64,000 bases of DNA. Origin: a virus. A model generated the notes under the pieces. That model ran no database searches. It saw only the letters and a program-made list of their open reading frames with translations, and was not told where the DNA came from. This document shows, one piece after another, positions 35,863 through 45,175 of the stretch. Each line of letters opens with the position of its first letter. The stretch's first letter is position 1. The translations under genes were made by a program, and so were the position numbers. The stretch lies in IMG/VR virus record IMGVR_UViG_3300017773_000002, positions 24,454 to 88,453 of that record, one strand, 5' to 3'.

Positions 35863-36113
35863 GTAAGTATTCTGTGTTATTTTGTATTTTTATATGCGTT
35901 TGTTTTGGTATTCATTACAAGTATTCTCAATATAAAATAGAAACATTAGAAGAGAAAATCTCTATTCAAGAAAAGACTATGGGGACACAAAGAAAGACCA
36001 TAGAAGCATTAATGATGACAACTGACAAAGCAACAAGAGCTTACAATATAGTACTACAGAATAATCGAAGAATTGGAAAGGAAAATAAATCATGTTCAAC
36101 CAACTATTCATAG
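35859..36113 (+). CDS. Membrane-anchored coiled-coil protein
   Basis: N-terminal TM followed by heptads. Confidence 0.55.
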   Translation: MSKYSVLFCIFICVCFGIHYKYSQYKIETLEEKISIQEKTMGTQRKTIEALMMTTDKATRAYNIVLQNNRRIGKENKSCSTNYS

Positions 36114-36475
36114 GGATAATACTGATTCTCGGACTTGGGTCTTGGTGGTTGTATTCTGAGAATGAAACATTAAAAGAAAACGCAGTAAAATTAGAAACTG
36201 CATTCGAAGAACAAAAAGAAACTATAAATGTTCTCCAAAGGTCCTATGAGAAACAGGGAGAATCTCTCACAAACCTACAAAGAAATTATAGCCAAATAGA
36301 ACAGGAGAAAGATCAGTATCTTGCTATATTTTCGAGACATAATTTTGATAAACTTTCACAGGTAAAGCCTGGTCTTATGGAGATAAGATTTAACAATGGA
36401 ACAGCAGAAGTATTCGGGGATATAGAGAATGACAGTAAAAAAATTAGTGAGCTTGACGCTCCTGACACTCCTTAG
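36092..36475 (+). CDS. Inner-membrane spanin (Rz-like)
   Basis: N-terminal TM, long coiled coil, KPGL motif; overlaps a lipoprotein gene. Confidence 0.75.
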   Translation: MFNQLFIGIILILGLGSWWLYSENETLKENAVKLETAFEEQKETINVLQRSYEKQGESLTNLQRNYSQIEQEKDQYLAIFSRHNFDKLSQVKPGLMEIRFNNGTAEVFGDIENDSKKISELDAPDTP

Positions 36476-36953
36476 TGGTTGTAGTACTCTCCAAAATATG
36501 TTTGGGGAGAAAGAAATTCAGGTTATAACAAAACCTGTAAAGATTGAGATAATACAACCGACACTACCGAGACCAATTCAATTGGAAAATCCCAAGTGGT
36601 ATGTTGTATCTGAGGTTGTTGTTGCGAATCCTTGTAAAGCTACATTATCATTTGATCCAAAGAGATTTGATGATAAGGGTAACGAGAGATTTAAAAGACC
36701 GAAAGATTGTGACATGGATGAGAGAGAAAATCCCAGTTGGCCTGTGGGTTATACATACTTAGATAGATTCTTAGACGAGATGAAAGATAAGAATGATGGT
36801 AAAGTTGTGTTTGTCGCTATGACGGTTGGAGACTATAAAATGATGTCAACCAATACACAAGAATTAAGAAGATACATACGAGAGCTCGGAGAAGTGATTG
36901 TATATTATAGAAATGTCACTATTGATGACAACATAGAAGAAGGTGGAGAATAA
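36429..36953 (+). CDS. Outer-membrane spanin lipoprotein (Rz1-like)
   Basis: Signal peptide with LSGC lipobox; Pro-rich segment. Confidence 0.75.
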   Translation: MTVKKLVSLTLLTLLSGCSTLQNMFGEKEIQVITKPVKIEIIQPTLPRPIQLENPKWYVVSEVVVANPCKATLSFDPKRFDDKGNERFKRPKDCDMDERENPSWPVGYTYLDRFLDEMKDKNDGKVVFVAMTVGDYKMMSTNTQELRRYIRELGEVIVYYRNVTIDDNIEEGGE

Positions 36954-36955
36954 TA

Positions 36956-37429
36956 ATGTATGAATACAGTGCGAAAATTATTAGAGTCGTTGACGGTGAT
37001 ACTGTGGATGTTGACATTAATCTTGGTTTTGGTGTCGTTTTTGCTAATCAACGCGTTAGGTTATATGGTATCGATACTCCTGAGTCGCGCACGAGAGATC
37101 CTATCGAGAAAATCTTTGGAAAGACTGCATCAAAGTTTCTTACAGAGAAATTGGGGGAGAAATGCACACTCCGCACTAGACTGGACAACAAAGGAAAGTA
37201 CGGAAGAGTCCTCGGAGAATTTGTTGTCTACGATCACGAAACTGATTCAGAAATGACAGTAAACAATATTATGATACGAGATCACTATGCTGTCGCATAT
37301 TTTGGTCAATCTAAGGATGACATCGAAGATGAACATCTGGTAAATAGAGATTTATTGATGGAGAAACTCGGTCTTCCAAAATGCGAAGACGGAGAATATA
37401 CCATGTTAGCTGAGAAGATGGGTCTGTAA
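36956..37429 (+). CDS. Thermonuclease (SNase) family nuclease
   Basis: RVVDGDT, RVRLYGIDTPE, KYGR. Confidence 0.9.
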   Translation: MYEYSAKIIRVVDGDTVDVDINLGFGVVFANQRVRLYGIDTPESRTRDPIEKIFGKTASKFLTEKLGEKCTLRTRLDNKGKYGRVLGEFVVYDHETDSEMTVNNIMIRDHYAVAYFGQSKDDIEDEHLVNRDLLMEKLGLPKCEDGEYTMLAEKMGL

Positions 37430-38070
37430 TGAGAGTTAATGTTTTAGGTAATGGTGATTGGGCGGATATCTTTCAGAGAGGGACTGAAGGTAAATTGTTA
37501 GTATGTAATATGCCTCCAATGCAGTTAACTAAACAAGAAGTATACGCTAGTTGCATGGTAGACTTTAAGATGATGGCTGCCTTGCAAGAGGGTAGTGTGA
37601 ATCTAGGAATGTATGATTGGATATTAGGGAACAGACCTAGAAGGTGGATGGAACAAAATCCAACATTCTACTTAAAATACTCTCAGAATATTAAAGGATT
37701 TTGGACACATGTTCCTCCATATGCACAACTGCCGGGTCACGCTAAATCTCAGGCAGCGACCAACTATAGTTGTGGTCATATGGCAGTAGATTATGCCTGT
37801 AGAAAGATGCGAGCAACCGAGGTACATCTATATGGATTTGATTCTATGTTTGATCTAAATCTAAGAAGTTGTACAGATCTGGTATTAGAGTCCGATAGAA
37901 GTTCTTTAAACACTCACAGACTCGCCACAAACTGGAGACCTATCTGGTCAAACTTTTTTAAAGAATTTTCAGAAATAAGCTTTACAATTTATCACAGACA
38001 TGATAAAATAAAGTTTCCTATTGGAAAAAACGTGAAAGTAATTGCTACTAAAGAGGATAAAAATGATTGA
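37429..38070 (+). CDS. Sialyltransferase/MAF-like Rossmann-fold transferase
   Basis: VLGNG, CN, SCGHMA, VHLYGFD. Confidence 0.5.
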   Translation: MRVNVLGNGDWADIFQRGTEGKLLVCNMPPMQLTKQEVYASCMVDFKMMAALQEGSVNLGMYDWILGNRPRRWMEQNPTFYLKYSQNIKGFWTHVPPYAQLPGHAKSQAATNYSCGHMAVDYACRKMRATEVHLYGFDSMFDLNLRSCTDLVLESDRSSLNTHRLATNWRPIWSNFFKEFSEISFTIYHRHDKIKFPIGKNVKVIATKEDKND

Positions 38071-38218
38071 TATTATGAAAGAATTTGCAGAAGATAATCT
38101 GCCTAAAGTGAAGAGTTTTATTGAATATACTTTACACGACTTTAAGAACGTTTGGCTATATAAACCAAACGTCCTAATTTGGTGTGCAGTCGCTTTTATT
38201 TTAGCATTAATATACTGA
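38063..38218 (+). CDS. 51-aa peptide with C-terminal TM (not in ORF track)
   Basis: GAGGA RBS; hydrophobic C-terminus. Confidence 0.5.
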   Translation: MIDIMKEFAEDNLPKVKSFIEYTLHDFKNVWLYKPNVLIWCAVAFILALIY

Positions 38219-39076
38219 AATAATACGATCCATTAACATATACTCTTCCGGTCTACCACCAGAAGATTTTATATCAGAGTCCCATTCGCTACGATTTGAG
38301 AAGACTGTAGTCAGGGATTCTGTGTTGTCTTTCTTTCTAGCCAGAACAAATTTCTCAGAATCTCCCTGATTATAGTACATATCTACTAAATCAAAATCCG
38401 GAGTACATATCGGAGAAAAACATTCTTTTACCGCAATCTCTGCGAAAGCTCCATCATTCTTAGGAACACCCAAGAAAACTACAGCGTCAAACTTTTCCTG
38501 TCCTTCAGATAAAGATACATTCCACTCAAACTTATCCATACCGTGACGATATTGTTTGTTACTTTTTATAATATAATCCTTTAGTCCGTTGTTCCTATAT
38601 AAAGAATGCATTATTCCTCTGTGACGACTTTCTGAAGGACTACAGACCTTTATTTCTCCTTTGTATCCAAACATTTTCCATATCATAGGAATAAACTGTA
38701 ATACTATATTGGGATCTGATACCTGATCTAAATGAGCTCTTTCTGGAGGCATTAGATCTACATTCCTATCGGCATCGAAAGGCATAAACCAAGATGTCTG
38801 ATTATTATTAAAATGTCCCACAAAAAGAATATTTTTATAACCTTTAGTTTTTAAAAAGTTACAGTACATTGGACCTTTAGATATAGCTTCTTCCACCGTA
38901 TTTACTTGACGAGAAGAATGACGAAGATAGACCTTGTTAGTTTTTATATTTTTGTTTATCAGGTCATTTAATCTTATTGACATATCCTCCTTTTCATGTC
39001 CCATAACATACTGATAGACCGGACCGTTCTCGTTGGTCTCTCTTAAAATTGTTTCGTCTTTTGTATTGAAAAACAT
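38207..39076 (-). CDS. Hypothetical protein (late operon)
   Basis: 289-aa ORF downstream of a minus-strand late promoter. Confidence 0.7.
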   Translation of the reverse strand: MFFNTKDETILRETNENGPVYQYVMGHEKEDMSIRLNDLINKNIKTNKVYLRHSSRQVNTVEEAISKGPMYCNFLKTKGYKNILFVGHFNNNQTSWFMPFDADRNVDLMPPERAHLDQVSDPNIVLQFIPMIWKMFGYKGEIKVCSPSESRHRGIMHSLYRNNGLKDYIIKSNKQYRHGMDKFEWNVSLSEGQEKFDAVVFLGVPKNDGAFAEIAVKECFSPICTPDFDLVDMYYNQGDSEKFVLARKKDNTESLTTVFSNRSEWDSDIKSSGGRPEEYMLMDRIISVY

Positions 39077-39079
39077 TTA

Positions 39080-39346
39080 TTAATTTCCCTTGTAGATATT
39101 TTGGATATAGTTTTCAAATTCTTCGATTTTGTTTAATCGATTAGGCCATAAAATATATTCCTTCTCAGGGTTCTGTTTTAGATTATTGAGAAGAGGTTGG
39201 ATCGCATTAAACAAACTGTCTAACCGATCTTGTGTAGCGTCCACAGTAGAAGAAACGGATTCCAACTTAGAAGAAGCGTGTTGCACCGCCTCAAGTTCTT
39301 CCTCGTTTACTAGTGTGAAACCAAAGTCAAATAATTGTTCTGTCAT
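39080..39346 (-). CDS. Conserved T4-like phage hypothetical protein
   Basis: FDFGFT...PLL.NL..NPEKEYI.WPNR. Confidence 0.7.
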   Translation of the reverse strand: MTEQLFDFGFTLVNEEELEAVQHASSKLESVSSTVDATQDRLDSLFNAIQPLLNNLKQNPEKEYILWPNRLNKIEEFENYIQNIYKGN

Positions 39347-39351
39347 GCGTA

Positions 39352-39359
39352 TATTTATA
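39352..39359 (-). promoter_or_regulatory. T4-type late promoter
   Basis: TATAAATA on minus strand. Confidence 0.65.
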
Positions 39360-39370
39360 CAAATTAAACC

Positions 39371-39399
39371 TTGACTTTTGTTGTTTATGCGTGTATAAT
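39371..39399 (+). promoter_or_regulatory. Early promoter
   Basis: TTGACT-17-TATAAT. Confidence 0.8.
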
Positions 39400-39428
39400 G
39401 TACTTATTATTTAAATGGGAGCGTATAT

Positions 39429-39725
39429 ATGCAATATGGAAATATGAGATGTTACCCTAGTGGTCGAAAGAAATCCTTTAATGCTTGGACTACTAAGAAG
39501 AAACCCACCCCCAAATTTGTTCCTATGGAAGTGGTAAACGAACCTTATCGTAGGCCCACACCAGTGTACCAATCTGTGGATTGTGGCACTGTACATACCA
39601 CAAAGGAAGAGAGATCAGTCTATACTGGTACTCTTGTTAAAGGTATCAGTACCATGCACAAATCTAATATGGTTCCTATTATAAACGATCAGGAAGCTAA
39701 AGACCACGCGAGTATGAGGAGGTAG
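39429..39725 (+). CDS. Conserved hypothetical protein
   Basis: YTG..VKGISTMHKSN.VP...MRR. Confidence 0.7.
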   Translation: MQYGNMRCYPSGRKKSFNAWTTKKKPTPKFVPMEVVNEPYRRPTPVYQSVDCGTVHTTKEERSVYTGTLVKGISTMHKSNMVPIINDQEAKDHASMRR

Positions 39726-39726
39726 T

Positions 39727-39882
39727 ATGGGACGTTCTCAATCTAAAAGGAGTGGTCGAAAGAACACGATAAAGGACTTTGACTTTGGTAACCCCGTGGC
39801 TAAGAATATGGAAAAGTTTAATCGTCCTTCTACTCATACTGACAAGAAGAAAGAAGCTAAAAAAACGGGAGACTACAAATAA
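39727..39882 (+). CDS. 51-aa basic protein (not in ORF track)
   Basis: AGGAGG RBS; NPVAKNMEKFNRPSTHTDKKK. Confidence 0.65.
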   Translation: MGRSQSKRSGRKNTIKDFDFGNPVAKNMEKFNRPSTHTDKKKEAKKTGDYK

Positions 39883-39887
39883 AACAC

Positions 39888-39916
39888 TTGACAATAATGT
39901 TTTATTGTGTTATAAT
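39888..39916 (+). promoter_or_regulatory. Early promoter
   Basis: TTGACA-17-TATAAT. Confidence 0.85.
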
Positions 39917-40000
39917 GTGTAACATATGTCGATATACGAAGATTCCTATATATTGGTATGGAATCGACATAAATTTTAATATGGATAAAGTGAGAATAAT

Positions 40001-40231
40001 ATGACAGCAACTATTAGTAAGGAAGAACGATACGCTATGATACGACGAGCAGCTAAAAAAGTGCAGAAAGGTCGTAATTTGAAAAATAGTTCTAAAAAAC
40101 TAACGGAAGAAGTTATACGAATTGATCGTCAAGATCATAAAGAGCGAATATCTTGGAGTGACGCTGATGAATATGCTAAAGCTCATTACGGTGATATTTA
40201 CAATGCAAATGTAAAAGAGGAATGGAATTAA
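40001..40231 (+). CDS. Hypothetical protein
   Basis: ORF downstream of promoter. Confidence 0.6.
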   Translation: MTATISKEERYAMIRRAAKKVQKGRNLKNSSKKLTEEVIRIDRQDHKERISWSDADEYAKAHYGDIYNANVKEEWN

Positions 40232-40232
40232 G

Positions 40233-40517
40233 ATGGATAATCTTATTGATTTGGGTAACTACCCACGTAATGATGTTGACCTAATATCTCGTGAATTTAT
40301 TCGAATGGTATATCTTGATGTATTAAAAGATTATGCTAAAGAGTCGGAAAAAGAAGATAAAGAAGAAAATGTCATAAAGAATATCGAAGAACTAATTAAA
40401 TCTCTTGAGATGGTAATCATTATGTTAGATAATAGTGATGATTTTCTTAAATTCATACATTCGGGTGGAGAAGTTAAAACTTCTTCCGAAGAAGATGAAG
40501 AATACGATAGATTTTAA
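40233..40517 (+). CDS. Hypothetical acidic protein
   Basis: Packed ORF with GAGG RBS. Confidence 0.55.
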   Translation: MDNLIDLGNYPRNDVDLISREFIRMVYLDVLKDYAKESEKEDKEENVIKNIEELIKSLEMVIIMLDNSDDFLKFIHSGGEVKTSSEEDEEYDRF

Positions 40518-40530
40518 TTGGAGATCTGAT

Positions 40531-40797
40531 ATGATTGAATTATATGATGATGTTGTACGTGCGTTACAAAGTGGTAGTGCTAACGTGAAATTCATGAAGG
40601 TCAATGGAGATTTCCGTGACATGACTTGTACTCTAGAAGAGTCTGTTATCGGAAAACAGGAAGTTGATCCTAATGGAAAGACAAAGGTCAATCGTGAGGT
40701 TGTCCGTTGTTATGATACGAATGCTGAAGGGTGGCGTTCGTTTAGATTAAACTCTGTCCTAGAGTTTAGTAGTAGAACCCTAAGTTGGACTCTATAA
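40531..40797 (+). CDS. WYL_2/SH3-like beta-barrel protein
   Basis: F.KVNG..R.M.CTL...YD....GWRSFR. Confidence 0.75.
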   Translation: MIELYDDVVRALQSGSANVKFMKVNGDFRDMTCTLEESVIGKQEVDPNGKTKVNREVVRCYDTNAEGWRSFRLNSVLEFSSRTLSWTL

Positions 40798-40798
40798 G

Positions 40799-41317
40799 AT
40801 GCCTAGAAAACCAATGACAGAAGAACAACGTGCAGCTGCGGTCGAGAGACTTGCAAAAGCACGTGAAGCTCGGGGTCACGATGGATCTAAGTCAGTACAT
40901 GAAAATCTTCGTGACATGGATAAGGATAGTCCTATACATTGGAAGAAGGTGAAGGGTTGGATAACGGAAATACAGACTGAGTTGAAATCAACTAAGGCTA
41001 AGAAAACATCCAAGGACAGAAAAGAACGTGCAGAATATATTAATCTGGAAGTTTACCTTTCTAATCTTAAGAAGTATATTGCGAGTGGTATCTACCATGA
41101 CTCTCGTTATGGTCGACACCGTGAAGGTCGCATGAATACTGTAGTCCGTACCCTAGCATACCATCCAGATGGATTTCCTAAAAGAACAGTAGGATTTTAT
41201 TACCCTGATCTTGGTGGACAAGTCTGGACAAAGGAGATGGATGATGAGTATAAAAGAAGTAGAAGTCTCGAAAGGAACCGAGGACGAAAACAAGTTTCTG
41301 AACAAGAAAGCGTTTAG
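40799..41317 (+). CDS. Conserved hypothetical protein
   Basis: RKPMTEEQR.AA.ERLAKARE. Confidence 0.7.
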   Translation: MPRKPMTEEQRAAAVERLAKAREARGHDGSKSVHENLRDMDKDSPIHWKKVKGWITEIQTELKSTKAKKTSKDRKERAEYINLEVYLSNLKKYIASGIYHDSRYGRHREGRMNTVVRTLAYHPDGFPKRTVGFYYPDLGGQVWTKEMDDEYKRSRSLERNRGRKQVSEQESV

Positions 41318-41507
41318 TAAACTTATAGAGACCACAGTTTTCACAAAGAGACTTAGTTACATGGATGCTATATTACACGTATGTGAGAAAAACAATATTG
41401 AACCCGAAGATGTCAAACGGTACCTCAATAAAGCTATTCTCGAAAATGTTGAAGCTGAGGCAAGATCTTTGAATTTCTTGCCAAAGATGAATACATTAGA
41501 TGTATAA
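41241..41507 (+). CDS. 33: Late transcription coactivator gp33
   Basis: FS..IE...SYMDAI...CE.N.IE...EA..LNFL; adjacent to gp32. Confidence 0.8.
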   Translation: MMSIKEVEVSKGTEDENKFLNKKAFSKLIETTVFTKRLSYMDAILHVCEKNNIEPEDVKRYLNKAILENVEAEARSLNFLPKMNTLDV

Positions 41508-41562
41508 ATATAGTAGTAAACGCCAAATAATAGTTTACAAAACATACGATGTGTGGTATAAT
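41503..41562 (+). promoter_or_regulatory. Tandem late and early promoters of gene 32
   Basis: TATAAATA 41503-41510; TTTACA-17-TATAAT 41534-41562. Confidence 0.75.
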
Positions 41563-41608
41563 AAACCACAATACAATTTAATACACTGTTAATACTAAGG
41601 AAATATAT

Positions 41609-42529
41609 ATGTCTTTTGCAAGTCTAAAGTCCAATTCTATGGACATCTCAAAACTCGTCAGTGCCGCAAACGAAGCGTCTGGCGCAACTCAACAAACCAA
41701 TAAGTACCAAGACGACCGTATCTGGAAACCCACTGTAGATGATTCTGGTAATGGCTATGCTGTTATTCGTTTCTTGCCTGCGATGGAAGGTATGGAGCTC
41801 CCTTGGGTTCGATACTGGGATCACGGTTTTAAGGGACCAACTGGTAAGTGGTATATCGAAAAGTCTTTGACCAGTATTGGTCAGAATGATCCTGTAGGTG
41901 AGTTAAACTCACGACTATGGAACTCAGGTATTGAGGAGGATAAGGAAACTGCTCGTAAACAAAAGCGTCGGTTACACTACGTCTCTAACATATTGGTGTT
42001 GAATGATCCTTCAAACCCATCTAACAATGGAAAGGTCTTTATGTACCAGTATGGTAAGAAGATCTTTGATAAGATTATGGATTTGATGCAACCAGAATTC
42101 CCTGGCGAAACTCCAGTAAACCCATTTGACCATGAGAGTGGTGCAAACTTTGAACTTAAGATTCGGAATGTTGCCGGTTATCGTAACTATGACAAATCAG
42201 AGTTCAAGTCTCCTTCTGCATTATTAGAAGGTAATGAGACTGCACTTACGACTGCATACAACTCTATGCACGAAATCTCAGAATATGCAGATTCTAGTCA
42301 GTATAAGTCTTATGATGAGTTAAAGCAAAAACTAGAGATGGTCCTTGGGCTGTCTACTGGTGTTGGTTCAACTGTTAAGAATGAGTCCTTGAGTCAGTCC
42401 GCTGAGTCTGCTCCTCTTAAAGCAGTAGGAGAACCTACTATTGTTGAAGCACCCACACCAGAGATTCAGTCTGCCTCTGATGAGGAAGACACTCTATCTT
42501 ACTTTGCTAAGATGGCCGCTGAAGATTAA
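41609..42529 (+). CDS. 32: Single-stranded DNA-binding protein gp32
   Basis: DDRIWK...GNGYAVIRFLP, YGKKIFDK, GANF.LK, NYDKS; acidic C-terminus. Confidence 0.95.
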   Translation: MSFASLKSNSMDISKLVSAANEASGATQQTNKYQDDRIWKPTVDDSGNGYAVIRFLPAMEGMELPWVRYWDHGFKGPTGKWYIEKSLTSIGQNDPVGELNSRLWNSGIEEDKETARKQKRRLHYVSNILVLNDPSNPSNNGKVFMYQYGKKIFDKIMDLMQPEFPGETPVNPFDHESGANFELKIRNVAGYRNYDKSEFKSPSALLEGNETALTTAYNSMHEISEYADSSQYKSYDELKQKLEMVLGLSTGVGSTVKNESLSQSAESAPLKAVGEPTIVEAPTPEIQSASDEEDTLSYFAKMAAED

Positions 42530-42550
42530 TTTTCGGTGTCATGTGTTACG

Positions 42551-42579
42551 AAGAGGGACTCGAAAGAGTCCCTTTTTTT
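42551..42579. terminator. Intrinsic terminator between convergent operons
   Basis: AGGGACTC-GAAA-GAGTCCCT followed by T run. Confidence 0.9.
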
Positions 42580-44266
42580 ATGCAGTTCTTGTTCCCATAA
42601 ATGGGTCCATAGAATCGTGTGAAGATAAACCATTACTCACAAAACTAGTACTATTGTTATTAGTATTGTTTGTGGAATTATTGGAGGGTGCGAATACTGC
42701 GTTTCCTCCAGTTTTATTTGCGGCAATTTGACTGGCGGTATCAGCACCTTCTTTCATTCTTGGTGCTTGTGTGGGGACTGGTTTAGCTATGGATGACACC
42801 ACACTAATTTTCTTTATATCTTCTGCCGAAAATGAGTCTAGTCCTGAACCAAAATCTAGACTTGGATAACCATCAAATATTTCTTGACCAAACTTACCAC
42901 CCTTTTTGGCAGCTTCTAACATAGGAATGGTGAAACCAAGTGTTTTACCTAAATCTTTTACCGAATCCTTTACATCACCATAATCCACATCGGACAATCC
43001 TTCTAACGAGGAGGTCAAACCTGAGATAGTTTTTGATATATCTTTTAAACCATTTAGATTATCTGCATTTAGAGTAGATAGCGGTTGCAATCCTTTATAC
43101 ACTTGTGTAAATACATCATCGTCATCTGAGGATCCAAACAGTCCCGTCACAAAATCTATGACTTTAGTGATGCCTTTGGCGCCCATGAGTGCAACCATTC
43201 CTAAACCGACAGCTCCCATACTATCTGCTACAGAGGATAAATTCTCACCATTTATACCAGCTAATGCTCCGAGACCCGTCGCCATATTGGTTAGTATATC
43301 TTTAAGACCAGTACCATCAGCTCCCAACGCTGCCATTACGTCTGTTACACCAACTAATGCTGTTAAAAATCCAGCTAAACCAACTCCAAATAAAGGTAGT
43401 CCTATTGCCGCGGCACTTCCAAATGCAGTTCCGAGTGCCAGTAAACCACCCAATGCTACCAAAGATTTTGCATCAAAAGCATTTAATCCTTGACCTAAAC
43501 TGGTCATAATTTTCGCTAAAGAAGATCCGTCTGTATTTAACATAGACATCCCTTTATCGCCTAACGCTAAACCACCGAAGAACGCACTCAAACCAGCACC
43601 AAAGAATCCCATTTTAAGAGCCCCTTTCATACTACCAAACTTTGCTCCTATTGCAGCAACTGCGCCCATTTTGAGTAAACCTTCCGTGGGAGTTTCTGCA
43701 AAGGCTTCCCCAAGAGTGATCATACTCTTTTTGGTTGATGACATATCTGTACCAATCATAGCTTGAGCTTTATCACCAAGGGACAATCCAGTGAAAAATG
43801 CACCAATACCAAAACCTAATGCACCAAGTGTTGCGACTGCACCCAATCCTTTCATGGCAAATCCAAGACCAGCACCCACTCCAGCTCCAACACTAGATCC
43901 AAAACCGCCCGAATTATTAACAGTTTTCGATTTATCTACGGTCTTGTTTGAAACCTTTCCTCCGCCTTGAATTCCTTCTATAGCCTTGAGTAACCTACTC
44001 TCGAAAGTTTCCCTATCTTTCTTTTCTTCTAGATCATCTCCAGTTTCTTTACCTTCTTGAAATCCTCTTATTGCCTTTAGTATACCACGATTACTTTTTT
44101 CTATTGATTTGATTAAATCATTGGCGAATATGGATCGAACAGCAGAATCACGTACACGACCGGATATAATGTGTATGCCCATGTCTATGGTGCCTACCTT
44201 TTCTAGCATCTTATCAGTAGTGATCTTCTGGGATTCTAGTTGTTGTGCTATTTTTTTAAGGCTCAT
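42578..44266 (-). CDS. Tail tape-measure protein (gp29-like)
   Basis: Gly/Ala/Leu-rich amphipathic repeats, Asn/Ser C-terminus; synteny. Confidence 0.7.
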   Translation of the reverse strand: MSLKKIAQQLESQKITTDKMLEKVGTIDMGIHIISGRVRDSAVRSIFANDLIKSIEKSNRGILKAIRGFQEGKETGDDLEEKKDRETFESRLLKAIEGIQGGGKVSNKTVDKSKTVNNSGGFGSSVGAGVGAGLGFAMKGLGAVATLGALGFGIGAFFTGLSLGDKAQAMIGTDMSSTKKSMITLGEAFAETPTEGLLKMGAVAAIGAKFGSMKGALKMGFFGAGLSAFFGGLALGDKGMSMLNTDGSSLAKIMTSLGQGLNAFDAKSLVALGGLLALGTAFGSAAAIGLPLFGVGLAGFLTALVGVTDVMAALGADGTGLKDILTNMATGLGALAGINGENLSSVADSMGAVGLGMVALMGAKGITKVIDFVTGLFGSSDDDDVFTQVYKGLQPLSTLNADNLNGLKDISKTISGLTSSLEGLSDVDYGDVKDSVKDLGKTLGFTIPMLEAAKKGGKFGQEIFDGYPSLDFGSGLDSFSAEDIKKISVVSSIAKPVPTQAPRMKEGADTASQIAANKTGGNAVFAPSNNSTNNTNNNSTSFVSNGLSSHDSMDPFMGTRTA

Positions 44267-44269
44267 TTC

Positions 44270-44452
44270 TTATCCTTGTTGCTTGGCCCTTTGATTTTTT
44301 TCGTTGATATCGTCCATCAACATTGTTAGGTAAATCTCTCTCTCCCAAGGTATCATTCCTTCCACTTCGTTCAACGAGTAATTAAAATTATTTAACAGTT
44401 GGAAATTTACCTGATAATAATTAGTCAAAGTGTCGTGAGAGAGATTTATCAA
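44270..44452 (-). CDS. Baseplate hub assembly protein (gp51-type short ORF); possibly a frameshift extension
   Basis: NF.L...NYSL.E.E.MIPWERE.Y; TTG start lies within a T8 run. Confidence 0.7.
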   Translation of the reverse strand: MINLSHDTLTNYYQVNFQLLNNFNYSLNEVEGMIPWEREIYLTMLMDDINEKNQRAKQQG

Positions 44453-45156
44453 AAAAAATCGTCCATGCCTCTTAATGTTTTCTTATTATTATGATTACAA
44501 GATTCACATTTGAATTCCACATCCTTTGATAAGGTTGGTATGGAAACAGCAAACTGTGATATCTTTTCGAATTGATCCGTTGTCATAGATTCTAAGAAGT
44601 TTATAATTTCTTCTTGGGGTTCATCTTTTATAGAGATTCTTTCATCATCTGTTAATACAGAATCCATACAACTAACGACCAGATGAAGTAAAGCTTCTGT
44701 TGCAGTATTACTATCTAATAGTTCTTGATTTGATAAAAAATCTTCATATGTGGGAAACTTCATCTTTACAACAATATCGTCTGTTACAGCTATAGTCATG
44801 TCGGGCATATCACCAACAACTTCAACTTCGTCCAGATCAATATTTACTTCATTATCAGTCTCACACTCTTCACATTTCATCAACACCGTAGAAACTTCTC
44901 CTACAGATTTAGAACGAATTTTAGTAAACATATAATCAACATCAAATGTTGATAGAGTCTCCTCAATTTTATCCTCAACACAGATATTAATTGTATTGAC
45001 TATAGATCTTAATAGATCTCCTCTATTCTGTGACTCAAAAGCTATGAGTAAATTCTTTTGTTCCTTAACTAGGAATGGTCTGTAAATAACCTTCTGTCCT
45101 GACGAAGGTATTGTCATTTCATATGTGGGTGTTGAGTTTAACTTTGGTAATGCCAT
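44449..45156 (-). CDS. Baseplate hub assembly chaperone (gp26-type)
   Basis: MALPKL..P.Y, YRPFLVKE.K, RSKSVGE, two CxxC; ends DFF*. Confidence 0.85.
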   Translation of the reverse strand: MALPKLNSTPTYEMTIPSSGQKVIYRPFLVKEQKNLLIAFESQNRGDLLRSIVNTINICVEDKIEETLSTFDVDYMFTKIRSKSVGEVSTVLMKCEECETDNEVNIDLDEVEVVGDMPDMTIAVTDDIVVKMKFPTYEDFLSNQELLDSNTATEALLHLVVSCMDSVLTDDERISIKDEPQEEIINFLESMTTDQFEKISQFAVSIPTLSKDVEFKCESCNHNNKKTLRGMDDFF

Positions 45157-45175
45157 TTTATAAATCCTATATAAT

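Noticed and set aside
42578-44266. Multi-pass membrane transporter
   Set aside because: Gly/Ala-rich pseudo-repeats and the position next to hub-assembly genes fit a tape-measure protein.
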